Part shown: positions 37,200-47,800 of the stretch, piece after piece | How positions within the stretch are numbered: position 1 is the first letter of the stretch | Layout: every line of letters starts with the position of its first letter | Source: Mytilus californianus | Taxonomy: Eukaryota | Assembly: GCF_021869535.1 (NCBI RefSeq) | Contig: NW_026262581.1 | Span: forward strand, 15,872,001 to 15,936,000 | Length of the DNA stretch: 64,000 nucleotides | Direction of reading: 5' to 3' | Made by a program: the position numbers and the translations under genes | The notes under the pieces: model-generated | The model's input: the letters and a program-made list of their open reading frames with translations, nothing else | Databases searched by the model: none | Told to the model about the DNA's origin: nothing

Positions 37200-40100
37200 C
37201 TGCAAAAAAAAAACCAACATTCAACTTTACAAGCCAGAAAACATGTAAACTATACAACACAAGTCATTTCTTGATCATCACTGATTTGGATATTTCTACT
37301 GAAAATTGATTACTGTGTATTTATGATAAGTGATACAACAGAATCCTCTGACAAAGGGGCGTGGTTAAGTTGCTTTCGTTTTTATTTGTCGGATAAACTC
37401 GGCTTACGGATAATATTTTCTAATGAGTTCAGGGGGAAAATTCCTTTAACGGGAAGGATAAATAAAGTTTACCAATCGTTGACAGGTATCTGTGCATGTA
37501 GGTCAATAACGTCAGGACTTATAGTAAATATAGTAAAATGTCGTCTGTAGAGTTGTAAAAAAATGTAACATGTCCGACAGTTCTGACAACGATTTGGAAG
37601 GTTTTTCAGCACATGAAATTGAACTAGCTAGTGAGGGGGTACAGGCAAAGACTCGCATAAAATGGTATCGGTGTTGATATTGAGATAAGTGATGTAGAAA
37701 GCGAACTTTCTGATGAAAATGAAGACCCAATTTTCCCTAATGTAAATAATGCCGGTGATGCCCCCAAAATTTTATCTATTATGAATGAGGTCTCCACCAT
37801 TTATTTACTCCAAGAAATAACACTGGACCACAAACTGTTTTGGGTATTGAGAAGGACCCTGTGGATTTTTTCCAAATTTTTCTGGGTGATAATGTTATTC
37901 AGAACATTATAGACACAAGAGTGCACACGCTGAAATGTCTCGCCTTCTTTACTAACCATTGATTTTATGTTGATAGTCCTAAATACAAAGCTTTACTACA
38001 AGTAACACATAAACTTAACATGATCCAAGAAAATGAGGTCAATGTCAGATAAACCAAACAAGAAATACATGTACACCTTACAATCATTCAATAAACCAAA
38101 CATAGTTGACCCATTGCTTATTGTTTCTAAGAAACAGCCTTAAACAAGAAAACTTAACATTGACCAATGAACCATGAAAATGAGGTCAAGGTCAGATGAA
38201 CCATGCCAGACAGACATGTACACCTTACAATCAATTTAGGCATTAAATATAGTTGACCTATTGCTTATAGTATCTAAGAAACAAACTTAAACTATGAAAA
38301 CTTAACATTGACCAATGAACCATGAAAATGAGGTCAAGGTCAGATGATACCTGCCAGACAGACATATACACCTTACAATCCTTCCATACATCAAATATAG
38401 TTGATCTATTGCTTATAGTTGAAGAAAAACAGACCAAAACACAAAAACTTAACACTGAGAAATGAACCGTGAAAATGAGGTCAAGGTCAAATAAAACCTG
38501 TGAGACTGACATGTACATCATAAAATATTTCCATACACCATTTATAGTTGACCTATTGCATATATTATTAGAAAAAAAGACCAAAACACAAAAACTTAAC
38601 TTTGACCACTGAACCATGAAAATGAGGTCAAGGTCAGATGACACCAACCAGTTGGACATGTACACCTTACAATCATTCCATATACCAAATATAGTAGACC
38701 TACTGCTTATAGTATCTGATATATGGACTTGATCACGAAAACTTAACCTTGTTCACTGTACCATGAAATGAGGTCGAGGTCAAATGAAAATTGTCTGACA
38801 GGCATGAGGACCTTGCAAGGTACGCACATACTAAATATAGTTATCCTATTACTCATAATAAGAAAGAAATTAACATTACAAAAAATGTTGACTTTTTTTT
38901 CAAGTAGTCACTGAACCATGAAAATGAGGTCAAGGACAATGGACATATGACAGACGGAAACTTCGTAACATAAGGCATCTATATACAAAGTATGAAGCAT
39001 CCAGGTCTTCTAGCTTCTAAAATATAAAGCTTTTAAGAAGTTAGCTAACGCCGCCGCCGCCGGATCACTATCCCTATGTCGAGCTTCAGGCGCAAAAGTC
39101 GCAGGCTCGACAAAAACTGATAGTTACGCAAATAAACAAATCAGGGATCACCCTGACCAAAATAAATCTGTTTGGTCATGTCCAACCATTGTAGAAATGA
39201 AAGCATTTTTTGAATTGACATTTCTAATGGGGACTGAAGTGAAACCAGATATCAAGTCATATTGGTCAACTGATTGTCTTGAGACACCCTACTTTGAAAT
39301 AGTAATGACTCATGATAGGTTTCAGCAAATAATGAGATATTTGCATTTCTCTGATTCAAACAATAACATTCCACAGGTTGGTGAACCTAATTATGACTGT
39401 CTATACAAAGTTAGATACTTCATAAATGCTTTTAATGAGCAAAAAAATAGCTGTGATGTAATTATTTTGTTCAAAAGCTCAATCTTTTTTCAGGAATGGA
39501 GTTTTATAAATTCTTTTGTTAATTTTCTTTCATCCGAACTTTATGTCCTAAGGATATTTCATTTATGGGAATATTCCTTAAGGACATAACATGATAACAA
39601 ACAAGGATGAAAACAGTTGATAATGGATTTGAAGGAGGATTGGAGTGTTTATGATGAATTACAATAACAGCAAAAAAATGCATAATTCTTACCCTATGTG
39701 GATGGTTATATACAACTCGAAACTGTAATGCTCTTAGGACAAATAGTTCACATTTGGCTATAGTTTCTTTTAATGCAAAGAACATGTCTCCCATTTCTAA
39801 TGGAGGCTTGCTTCTGTGTAAAGTCCTGCAAAACAAAGTAATATAAAATAAGTATGATTGCCAATGTGACAATTACTGTAAATTCAGAAATTATTGCGAG
39901 GGTTTTATTATTGCGAATAATGCGAGTGGGTGAGTATCGCAATAATAAGAACTTGCATTCTGATATATGATCAAGGTTGGGCGGTAAATACCACCCCCGG
40001 TATTTACCAGTGGTATTTACCGGAATTTACCGCCCCGGTCAATACTCCTCAAGTGGTCAATACTGGCAAATACTGGACAATTGAAATTTTCATGGTTCTT

Positions 40101-43100
40101 TTGACAGATTTTACTATCAATGTTAGTTAAATCTTAGTTGATAGGGGAAATTACTTTAACTTTATTCATATGGCATGATTCAGTTTATAAAAAGGATTGA
40201 TATTGGTATGTTTTATCAACTATTAGCATGAATAATGACTTATTCAGTTCTTATGGGTAATGATATAACATAGTTTAGGTATGGATATAAAATTGCTATA
40301 CATGTATCAGTTATTTCAACATGTATAAAATATGTATATTTTTTTCTTGAAAAGGTTTGATTTTAACAGGTAAATAGAATTACAGGTGACTAGATTATCA
40401 GGGCATTACCTATTATATGGCAAGCAGGTGTCAAAAGTTTATTCAATATTACAACTGCCCCCTAATAAATGTTGACATAACAGGAAAAAAGTCATAAAAG
40501 TTATTTTTGAAGACTGTTTAAAACAATTATTTTATTCCTGACTATTCAACTGCATGATAAATATCTTCTAAAACCAAATACAGAAAATGGAAATTTTGAA
40601 GGATCTATACTTTGGCTGCTGTTTTTCTTTTTCTTTAATTTTATTCTAATAATCACTGTCCATGATGTGTTCATGTAAAATTTCAATTTATATAAGAAAA
40701 GATAACATTAAAAAAGTCTAATTTTGACTTGAAAACTTTCATATTTTCATGACTAACAGTTATTGAATGTAGGGCTAAATATCACAGGACAGAAAGTCAC
40801 AATGCAATTTTGAAAGAACTGTTTCTTTGATTAAGAAAAGACTAATTTTTAAGACATTGCTTTATTACATTTGATGAAATTACTGTTAAGAAAACAAGCT
40901 GTCATAGTCTTTTTCTTGACTGGTTTCATGGTACCAAGAAATATCCTTTGTAGGATTAATATTTAATAAATCTTCATTTAACCATGTTCATTATCAATCT
41001 CATAAAAATTACAATGAATTCATTTCAAGGATTTTCCCTTACATATTCAAAAACTTGTTAGCTAATATTAATTGTGACTTTTTGTCCTTTACAATGTAGT
41101 AAATAAGTGACTTTCTGTCCTGTGAATATATTTGTCCATTTACCCTGTAGTTGACCAGGTAGGGACTGTATTTAATAGTAATATCTTATCAAAATTTCAA
41201 CTGACCAGTATTTGCCAGTATTTCCCGGTATTTACCGCCGGCCTGGTCAATACTAGTATTGACCGCTTTTTTGCCAACCTTGTATATGATGCATATATCT
41301 GTATGCCACTTTTCCTGAACTCGCAATAATTAATCTTGCATTTATGTCCATTCTTCAAAAATCGCAATAATAAATGCACGCAATAATTTCTGAATTTACA
41401 GTATCCAACATGAAGAATCAAACTATCCACTAGTGTAGATGTAGCATGCAATTTTGAAAACCAATTATAAGTTATAAATTTAATTGAGTTTTTTTAATGA
41501 TATCTTCTTATTTCTTGTTCTAGCATATACTTTAAATTTTGAAAATCCCCTCAGAAACAACTGACAAAAGATTGCAAAATTTATAATGTTCATTGATAAT
41601 GAGTGAAACACAAAGAGAAACTTAGTTTTTTCCAGTGATTTCTGGAGGAAAAAGCTTAAGATGTAAATTATTTTTGAAAATGACTATAACACTTTATAAA
41701 ATTTTGTGCATCTGAAGTGCTATTCTCTCTCAATCTAAACATCTGAAAGCCAAGGAAGTATAACTACTTGAGTACTTGAAGTCCTTGAGGAGCTATATAA
41801 CCAAAAGGGAACCAAAACCACCTAAGATGAACTTTTTCTGAATGAGTTGAAGCCTCATCAAAAAGATAAGTTTATAATCATTCCTATTCATCAATGGAGA
41901 TTTTAAGAAAGGTAAAGTATAGATCAAGTTAGTTTCGATGCACTAACTACTTATCTAATGGTAAAAAAATTACATTAGACAGACAAAAGAAATAGCAAGA
42001 AGTTGAAAAAATGTAGGGGTGTGCAGAAATAAGAAAGATTTATATATCTAGATCTCCACCAGTAAAACAAAATCAACAACTATTTTAGCATTTTTCTAAC
42101 TAAGAGTAAAAATGAAGATTTCTATAGTCCATTACAATGATTACTAGGAGTACCACGGCAGGTATCGCATGTGGAGTAGGATCTGCTTACTCTTCTGGAG
42201 CACCTGAGATCATTCCCAATTTTTGGTGGGATTCAGTTGAACAGTTTTCACTTAGCATTGATGGAAATACCAGAATGTGACATTTGAATGGCCTTGCCTA
42301 TAAAAAACATTGACTACATCCCTAAGAATAACATAATAATGGCCTTACCTATAACAAACATTGACTACATCTCTAAGAGTGACATTTGAATCACCTTACC
42401 TATAACAAACATTGACTACATCTCTTAGAGTGACATTTGAATGGCCTTACCTATAACAAACATTGATTACATCTCTAAGAGTGACATTATAATGGCCTTA
42501 CCTATAACAAACATTGACTACATATCTTAGACATGTAAGAGTGACATTTGAATGGCCTTACCTATAACAAACATTGACTACATCTCTCAGAGTGACTTGT
42601 GTTTCTTCTACTTTTCCTGCTATGTATAATGTTGTAGAGGCTATTAACTAGAAGAGAAAAAAAATATGGACTACTGCACATACTGATTTAGTGATTAAAC
42701 ACACCTAAATACGGTGGATTTATTTTAAAAAAAATTGGTATTAAGTAACTAAACATTTGTATTTTTGTCAAAGTTTTAATATTTTGTTCCCTTTCCTAAG
42801 GAAATCATCAAAATTGGTACGTAATTGTCAGGGATGTATAAATACCCTGCCACATGCCGTCTGTGTTTTTGTTACTTGTTTTTCTGCTTTGTATCCATCT
42901 GATGAGTTAAGCCTTTTTCAACTGATTTTTATAGTTTGTTCATACATGTATGTTGTACTGTCAATGACTGTTACACCACTGTCCCAGGTTGGGGAAGGGT
43001 TGGGTGCCCGCTTACATGTTTAACCTTGCCACATTATGTATGTGCCTGTCCCAGTTCAGGAGCCTGTAATTCAGTGGTTGTCGTTTGTGGCGACTGAAAG

Positions 43101-44396
43101 CACACTAAAAGACAATACACTTTTGAAGCTAACCTATTGGAAAATGTTCACTAAGTTCAGGTAGTTAAGATTTGCAATTACCAGATTACTTTCATAGAAA
43201 ATTTAAAGTTTATATAAAAATCAATCTTTAATAGAACTTATAACATGAATCAGATACAAAATGTTTAAAATTAATTCAACAAAACATTTTGATCCACTTA
43301 CTATTTATTGATACGTTAGTGATTAATAATACTTACATAAGGATCATATTGCTGTAAAGTATATTCTTTGAAAAATCTGTGATAAACAATACAAGCTGTG
43401 GCTAGTGGTACTGACTTTAAACGTAGTCTTAAACCTGCAGAAAAGAAATACTTGACAATTATATTGAATGTAAAATTTTCTTTTTGACACTAGGTCTTTA
43501 GATAAAGCAACCAGCCTGCCATACCTACACTGTACCAGTCCAGGAAACGACCACACCAGTCATTGTACATTTTGAAACTTTTGTTAGACTTACATGTAGT
43601 CATGTTAGTAGTGAAATGTATTCGCCACCTTCAATGACCTTTACCATGTTTACATAAAAATAATGCAACAAAAAAAAGTATTTAAAAAACAAAAAGCTGA
43701 ATTATAGCATACATGTACATGTAGAAAACACTTAAGTACATTGTATTTTGAAACAACTAAACCTAAAAAGCTGTAGATATTATGAATGTTTACAGAAACA
43801 TACAACATGTACAAGATTACTTGTGATCTGGTGTAAACATGGAATGCAAGTTATTGCAGTGTGATGAATAAAACGTGTAAACAATTTTTAAAAAAGTTTG
43901 TATATCAGACAAAAAACGTGGGAGTTGGCAATATAAATGAAACCTCAAAAGACATGAATACACAGTGTATCCATATTGGACCACCATTATTGGACACAAC
44001 AAAAGGTTCCCGTGAAATATTTGACGTCACAAAAGAAAAGTGATTGTTGTCTGACATCAACAGGCTGGGTATATCCGCCAAATGGGGACCTATTCCCCAA
44101 ATGAGTAACAATCCCTCTTTTGAGTAATCAACCTTGTCAATAATTCGAGTGCCAGTGGCACAAATTCTCAAGTCAAGCGTCGCATAATCCCAAATAGCTA
44201 ATCTTGTGTATTGATTGATTCTGTTAATCATCATTGTGCATTGTTGAATATGTTCCTACTCTGGTTTGATTGAAAAACACCAATATAGTTGGCAAAGAAA
44301 TTATGTGGTTTGTCATGTTTATAAACAAATTTGTGTACCTGCTTCATGAATAAATCTTATCACTCTGAAATGAACTTTTGCTGTGTTATCAGTCAT
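36882..44396 (-). CDS. CCNQ: Cyclin-Q (cyclin M, FAM58A), 230 aa, 5 coding exons
   Basis: Exons 44396-44339 (58 nt), 43434-43337 (98), 42647-42562 (86), 39825-39693 (133) and 37199-36882 (318) sum to 693 nt; GT-AG, phases 1,0,2,0. Diagnostic matches: KVHFRVIRFIHEAG, ATACIVYHRFF, YDPYLIA..LYIAGKVEE, CELFVLRALQF, HPHRYLLHYL, AWALLRDSYH, QHIAVAILY, PWWKVF. Confidence 0.96.
37570..39445 (+). mobile_element. piggyBac transposase remnant (5' part), antisense in CCNQ intron 4, split by a HINE
   Basis: MSDSSDNDLEGFS (ATG 37570); DPVDFFQIFLGDNVIQNIID [insertion] KTDSYAN..EMKAFFELTFLMG..KSYWSTD..MTHDRFQQIMRYLHFSD..YDCLYKVRYFINAFNE, typical of PGBD-type transposases. Truncated before the catalytic residues; TIRs not found. 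Confidence 0.88.
37916..39114 (-). mobile_element. HINE/pearl-like non-autonomous element with about 7 internal monomers of about 150 bp
   Basis: On the minus strand: TTGTCGAGC subterminal repeat, its inverse GCTCGACA, (GGC)n microsatellite, tandem monomers containing ATGAGGTCAAGGTCAG (plus strand), 3' GCGAGACA repeat and short hairpin, inserted in a T/A run. Confidence 0.8.
39693..39825 (-). CDS. CCNQ: CCNQ coding exon 4
   Basis: ttttgcag|GACTTTA ... CATAGG|GTAAGA; TLHRSKPPLEMGDMFFALKETIAKCELFVLRALQFRVVYNHPHR. Confidence 0.94.
39972..41282. mobile_element. Non-autonomous hAT-type element (1311 bp) with 8-bp TSD
   Basis: TIR CAAGGTTGG / CCAACCTTG; perfect TSD TATATGAT at 39964-71 and 41283-90; subterminal GGTATTTACC and CCAGTATT repeats. 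An 8-bp TSD is characteristic of hAT. Confidence 0.85.
40773..41137. mobile_element. MITE-like inverted-repeat element nested inside the hAT
   Basis: Perfect 18-bp IR core CACAGGACAGAAAGTCAC (40783-800) / GTGACTTTCTGTCCTGTG (41107-124); TSD not resolved. Confidence 0.7.
42272..42596 (-). repeat. 51-bp tandem array (6 copies; first spacing 60 bp) made of the CCNQ exon-3 end plus its splice donor
   Basis: Donor dinucleotides at 42561, 42501, 42450, 42399, 42348 and a GC variant at 42297. Unit GTCACTCT.AGAGATGTAGTCAATGTTTGTTATAG|GTAAGGCCATTCAAAT. Confidence 0.95.
42562..42647 (-). CDS. CCNQ: CCNQ coding exon 3
   Basis: ctcttctag|TTAATAGCC ... TGTTATAG|GTAAGG; LIASTTLYIAGKVEETQVTLRDVVNVCY. Confidence 0.94.
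43337..43434 (-). CDS. CCNQ: CCNQ coding exon 2
   Basis: ttctgcag|GTTTAAGA ... GATCCTTAT|GTAAGT; LRLRLKSVPLATACIVYHRFFKEYTLQQYDPY. Confidence 0.94.
44339..44396 (-). CDS. CCNQ: CCNQ coding exon 1
   Basis: ATG at 44396; MTDNTAKVHFRVIRFIHEA G|GTACAC. Confidence 0.9.
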
Positions 44397-44406
44397 TGTT
44401 GATTAT

Positions 44407-44851
44407 CTAGATTTGAAAGTTCTTGTTTCAAATCAACCATTGACTAAGCGTATCTTGTCTATTAAACAATGAATGTATGGATATATTTTTTTTAACAGGC
44501 CTAATTGTATACTAAAGTGTAGATTAGATTACCGGTGTTTCTATTCCCAATCCATTTCTTCATTTATCATAAATTATTTTGTTTGTACTTGAAAAAAGTA
44601 GAAATTATTTCTATTACTCATAATAAATTCACATTTATTGAAACTGATTGAAATAAATTGTTCCATCACAGATATTTTACAGATACTTTAAAGTGAAATG
44701 ATCACTTTACTCTTCAAATACCACATCGGAAGTGCAGTTGTTTCCCTTTTGTAAACAACCGCCAGTGTTTGAAGATTAGAGCAAGACTGGACCTGATTCC
44801 TGATAGTTTCACACTACCGATCAAAACATACTTGGACAATTTAAGATCAAA
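44407..44851. promoter_or_regulatory. Putative bidirectional promoter/5' UTR region between CCNQ and POC1
   Basis: Divergent ATGs at 44396 (-) and 44852 (+). ETS-type CGGAAGTG at 44727-44734 and forkhead-type TGTAAACA at 44750-44757. TSS positions cannot be seen from sequence. Confidence 0.7.
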
Positions 44852-44866
44852 ATGACAAATGTTTTG
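44852..44866 (+). CDS. POC1: POC1 coding exon 1 (MTNVL)
   Basis: aaaATGACAAATGTTTTG|GTTTGT; 15 nt, phase 0, fits the next exon. Short, so less certain. Confidence 0.7.
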
Positions 44867-47800
44867 GTTTGTTTCTCGTTTTAATTATTAATAATCTTTG
44901 CTTTCATTACTCGTTCGTTTGTTAATGGGGATTATTCAATAATTTTCACCTTCTTATTTTATTTCGGGTCTTGCTCTGATCCATTCAATCTTATATTACT
45001 GAAGTTTAAACATGCTGCCCCTTAACTTTTATTTCTAAACAGACAGGAACAATTTAATATTGTGACATATGCCTGCCTCTGTCTAATTTTATGCACTGTA
45101 TTTCCATTAAAACATACAAATGGGTCTCACTATTAAATTAGTGAAACTGCATTTTAGTGACAAGATTTGTCCTGAAAGCTCTCTCAATTGTACTTTTCTT
45201 GCAGGTTTTTATGAAATTTATCATAGGTTTATGTTTATGTCAAATATGTCTCAGAAAAGCTTGTTAATAAAATATAAACTGCCACAATCTTTAATCTTCA
45301 ATCTTTGTCTTGATGAAAGGGTAATCTCTCATTTAAAATGACAATAATTTCAATTGTAGTTTCTCCTTTGTACTTAATACAATTATTAAAATATCCCAGA
45401 TTTTTATTAAATTATATTAATGGTTTATATCAACAATGTCTGGGACAGGTTCAAAATCAGTGCTTATCAATTATTTTTTATAGTAGTTATGTCCCTTTGA
45501 AAATGTAATTTATTTAACATTGAATTGTTCAAAGCACTTTCGCACATAGTTACAGGAGTTTTGCCACTGGAAATAGAAATTATATGGAAAATAACATTGT
45601 ATCAATGGAACGTACAAAAAAGTTAAAACAGACCCAACAAATTTTTTCTTAAGTTATTGTCCTTGGATAGACAAAATATGTGCACTGGCTGAGAACATTG
45701 AAATGCTGTTCGTCTATTGTATTAAATCACAAATTAATTTATGCTGTATCTTATCAGTGTACATGCTGAAATTTTCAACCAAAACCAGGATCAAAGTTGT
45801 TATCCCCAAGAAATATATGAAGAGTTGGTTGTGGAAGGCAAATATGAGTCCTGTGTAGTTGCAACATTCACCTACTCTTTTTTACAAATCTATAAAAGAT
45901 GTCCATAACATACTTGAAGTGTGGAATTCTCTATTACTTTTACACAAATACACATTAAATTTTATTGTTGAATTTCATTTTCATCATTTCTTTCCTTTGA
46001 TACATGTGTTGAGGGATAAGGTGTAACATGTTTTATATTGGAATAATGCATTCAAAGTTTGTGTAATTTACAGGTTATCATATATTTTAAAATCCTCATC
46101 ATAGTAGTTATTATGAAGATCTGGTTCAGCAGTTGATTACCATGTTTTGATATTTTTCAGGAGGATCCCTCTCTTGAGAGGCACTTCAAGGGACACAGGG
46201 ATACAATTACCAGTGTCGACTTCAATCCAAGTATGAAACAATTAGGTTAGTATATTTTGGAATACAAGGACCTTTCTTTATAAGTTGTCAACAACAAAAT
46301 TGATATTTAATATTTAAGTATCCTTAGCTTAATAGCTTGTTCATGTTGTTTGCCTTATAATCTTTTTAGCTACCCACTACAGCATCTGACATTCTAAATC
46401 TGTTTATTACCTGAGGCAATTAAAACCCATATGTTGTTTGAACTATTTTTAACCACCTGTCTGTGCATATATAAAAATGCCCACCAATTGGAGGAACTAT
46501 TTTTAATGAAGTTTATATTTTTTTAGCTTCTGGTTCTATGGATTCATGTCTGATGGTATGGAATTTCAAACCACAAATGAGAGCTTACAGATTTGTTGGT
46601 CACAAAGTAAGTTGGATATGATGGCTATGAGGCCATAAAAAAGAATAGGTTGGTTTGCCCTAACCTGACCGACCCATAAAAAAGCATCCGAGTCAAAATC
46701 TTTTTTTTAATCAAAATTCGCGATGTTTTTTTTTGCGGAGTTTTCTGTATCTGTATCCGTCTTCAGTTTGTTGCATAGAATAACCTGATCCGATCTGACC
46801 ACGCTTTATCACAGGCCAATTTGTGTTATGTTTTAAAGCCTCCAATTGATAGGGATGAAAAACAACATGTTACCGTCTAGTACAAATAAAGGTTGGATTA
46901 AAATCAAACCCAGTAGTTTCCAACAAATTCAATCGTTTTGAAAACGCAAAAACATGGAAAGAGGTGTTTGATAAAGTGTGTGATGATGATTTCATGCTAC
47001 GGAAAACTGATGAAATTTGTGTGACTGTCTCTGACCGATCAGGACACTCGTTTGAGCCCGATTTTGAGGAACCAATCCAATTATTCAGGAATTTGATTCC
47101 GCATTAAAATTTGATTAAAATGATATTATTCTTACAGAAGTTCTGTCAACAGTGTTTTGTTCAAGTGTTTTGTATTTGAATTTTGTATTCAAATAAACTT
47201 CTTCTTAGTATGAGCCTCCTTTAATTAGGAGACCCTCCAAATATATATGGAGTTTTTCCTTAACTTTAAAATTTTAAAGAATAAAACAAAAACGTTTTTT
47301 CCAACATATGAACAGCACATATAAATATAAAACAGTAAAAGTATCATGCATGGCATATTTACAGGGACCTTTTTATTAATTATTTAATTTCATTTTCATA
47401 GCTTTTAATATTTGTCCAGAGCTTCTTTACATTTCTTACAATTGTTATATGACAGACTCTGTGTCGGTATATATATGTCACTTATGATAATCACTATTTT
47501 CATTTGTTTGTCATTTCCTCCATTTTGAGATATATGTATATATATATACGTATGTGCAAATTCAGCAATATATGTCTTGCTATTTGTTGTCCATAATTTT
47601 CAATCTTTCTATATGCTTTTTGAATAACATATTTCTGGTTTTGTTTTCAATATTTTCCTGGAATTTTTCACAGTTATCAAACAGCTCCTTATATTTTGAA
47701 CAGTCTATAAGCAATTGTACTATCGCAGTTTTGTTCGTGAAGGTGCAGTTCCATTTTGTTGGTGTGATTTTATCAGTGATCTCTTTTCTTGTTTCAGGGA

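Larger units (their letters stand above)
39876..41401. mobile_element. TA-flanked MITE interrupted by the hAT element
   Basis: TIR CTGTAAATTCAGAAATTATTGCG / CGCAATAATTTCTGAATTTACAG with TA on both sides; after removing the insertion it is an inverted copy of the 36602-36792 MITE. Confidence 0.85.

Noticed and set aside
37512-37730. 72-aa minus-strand ORF in CCNQ intron 4
   Set aside because: Antisense to the acidic N-terminus of the piggyBac transposase; not needed for the CCNQ reading frame.
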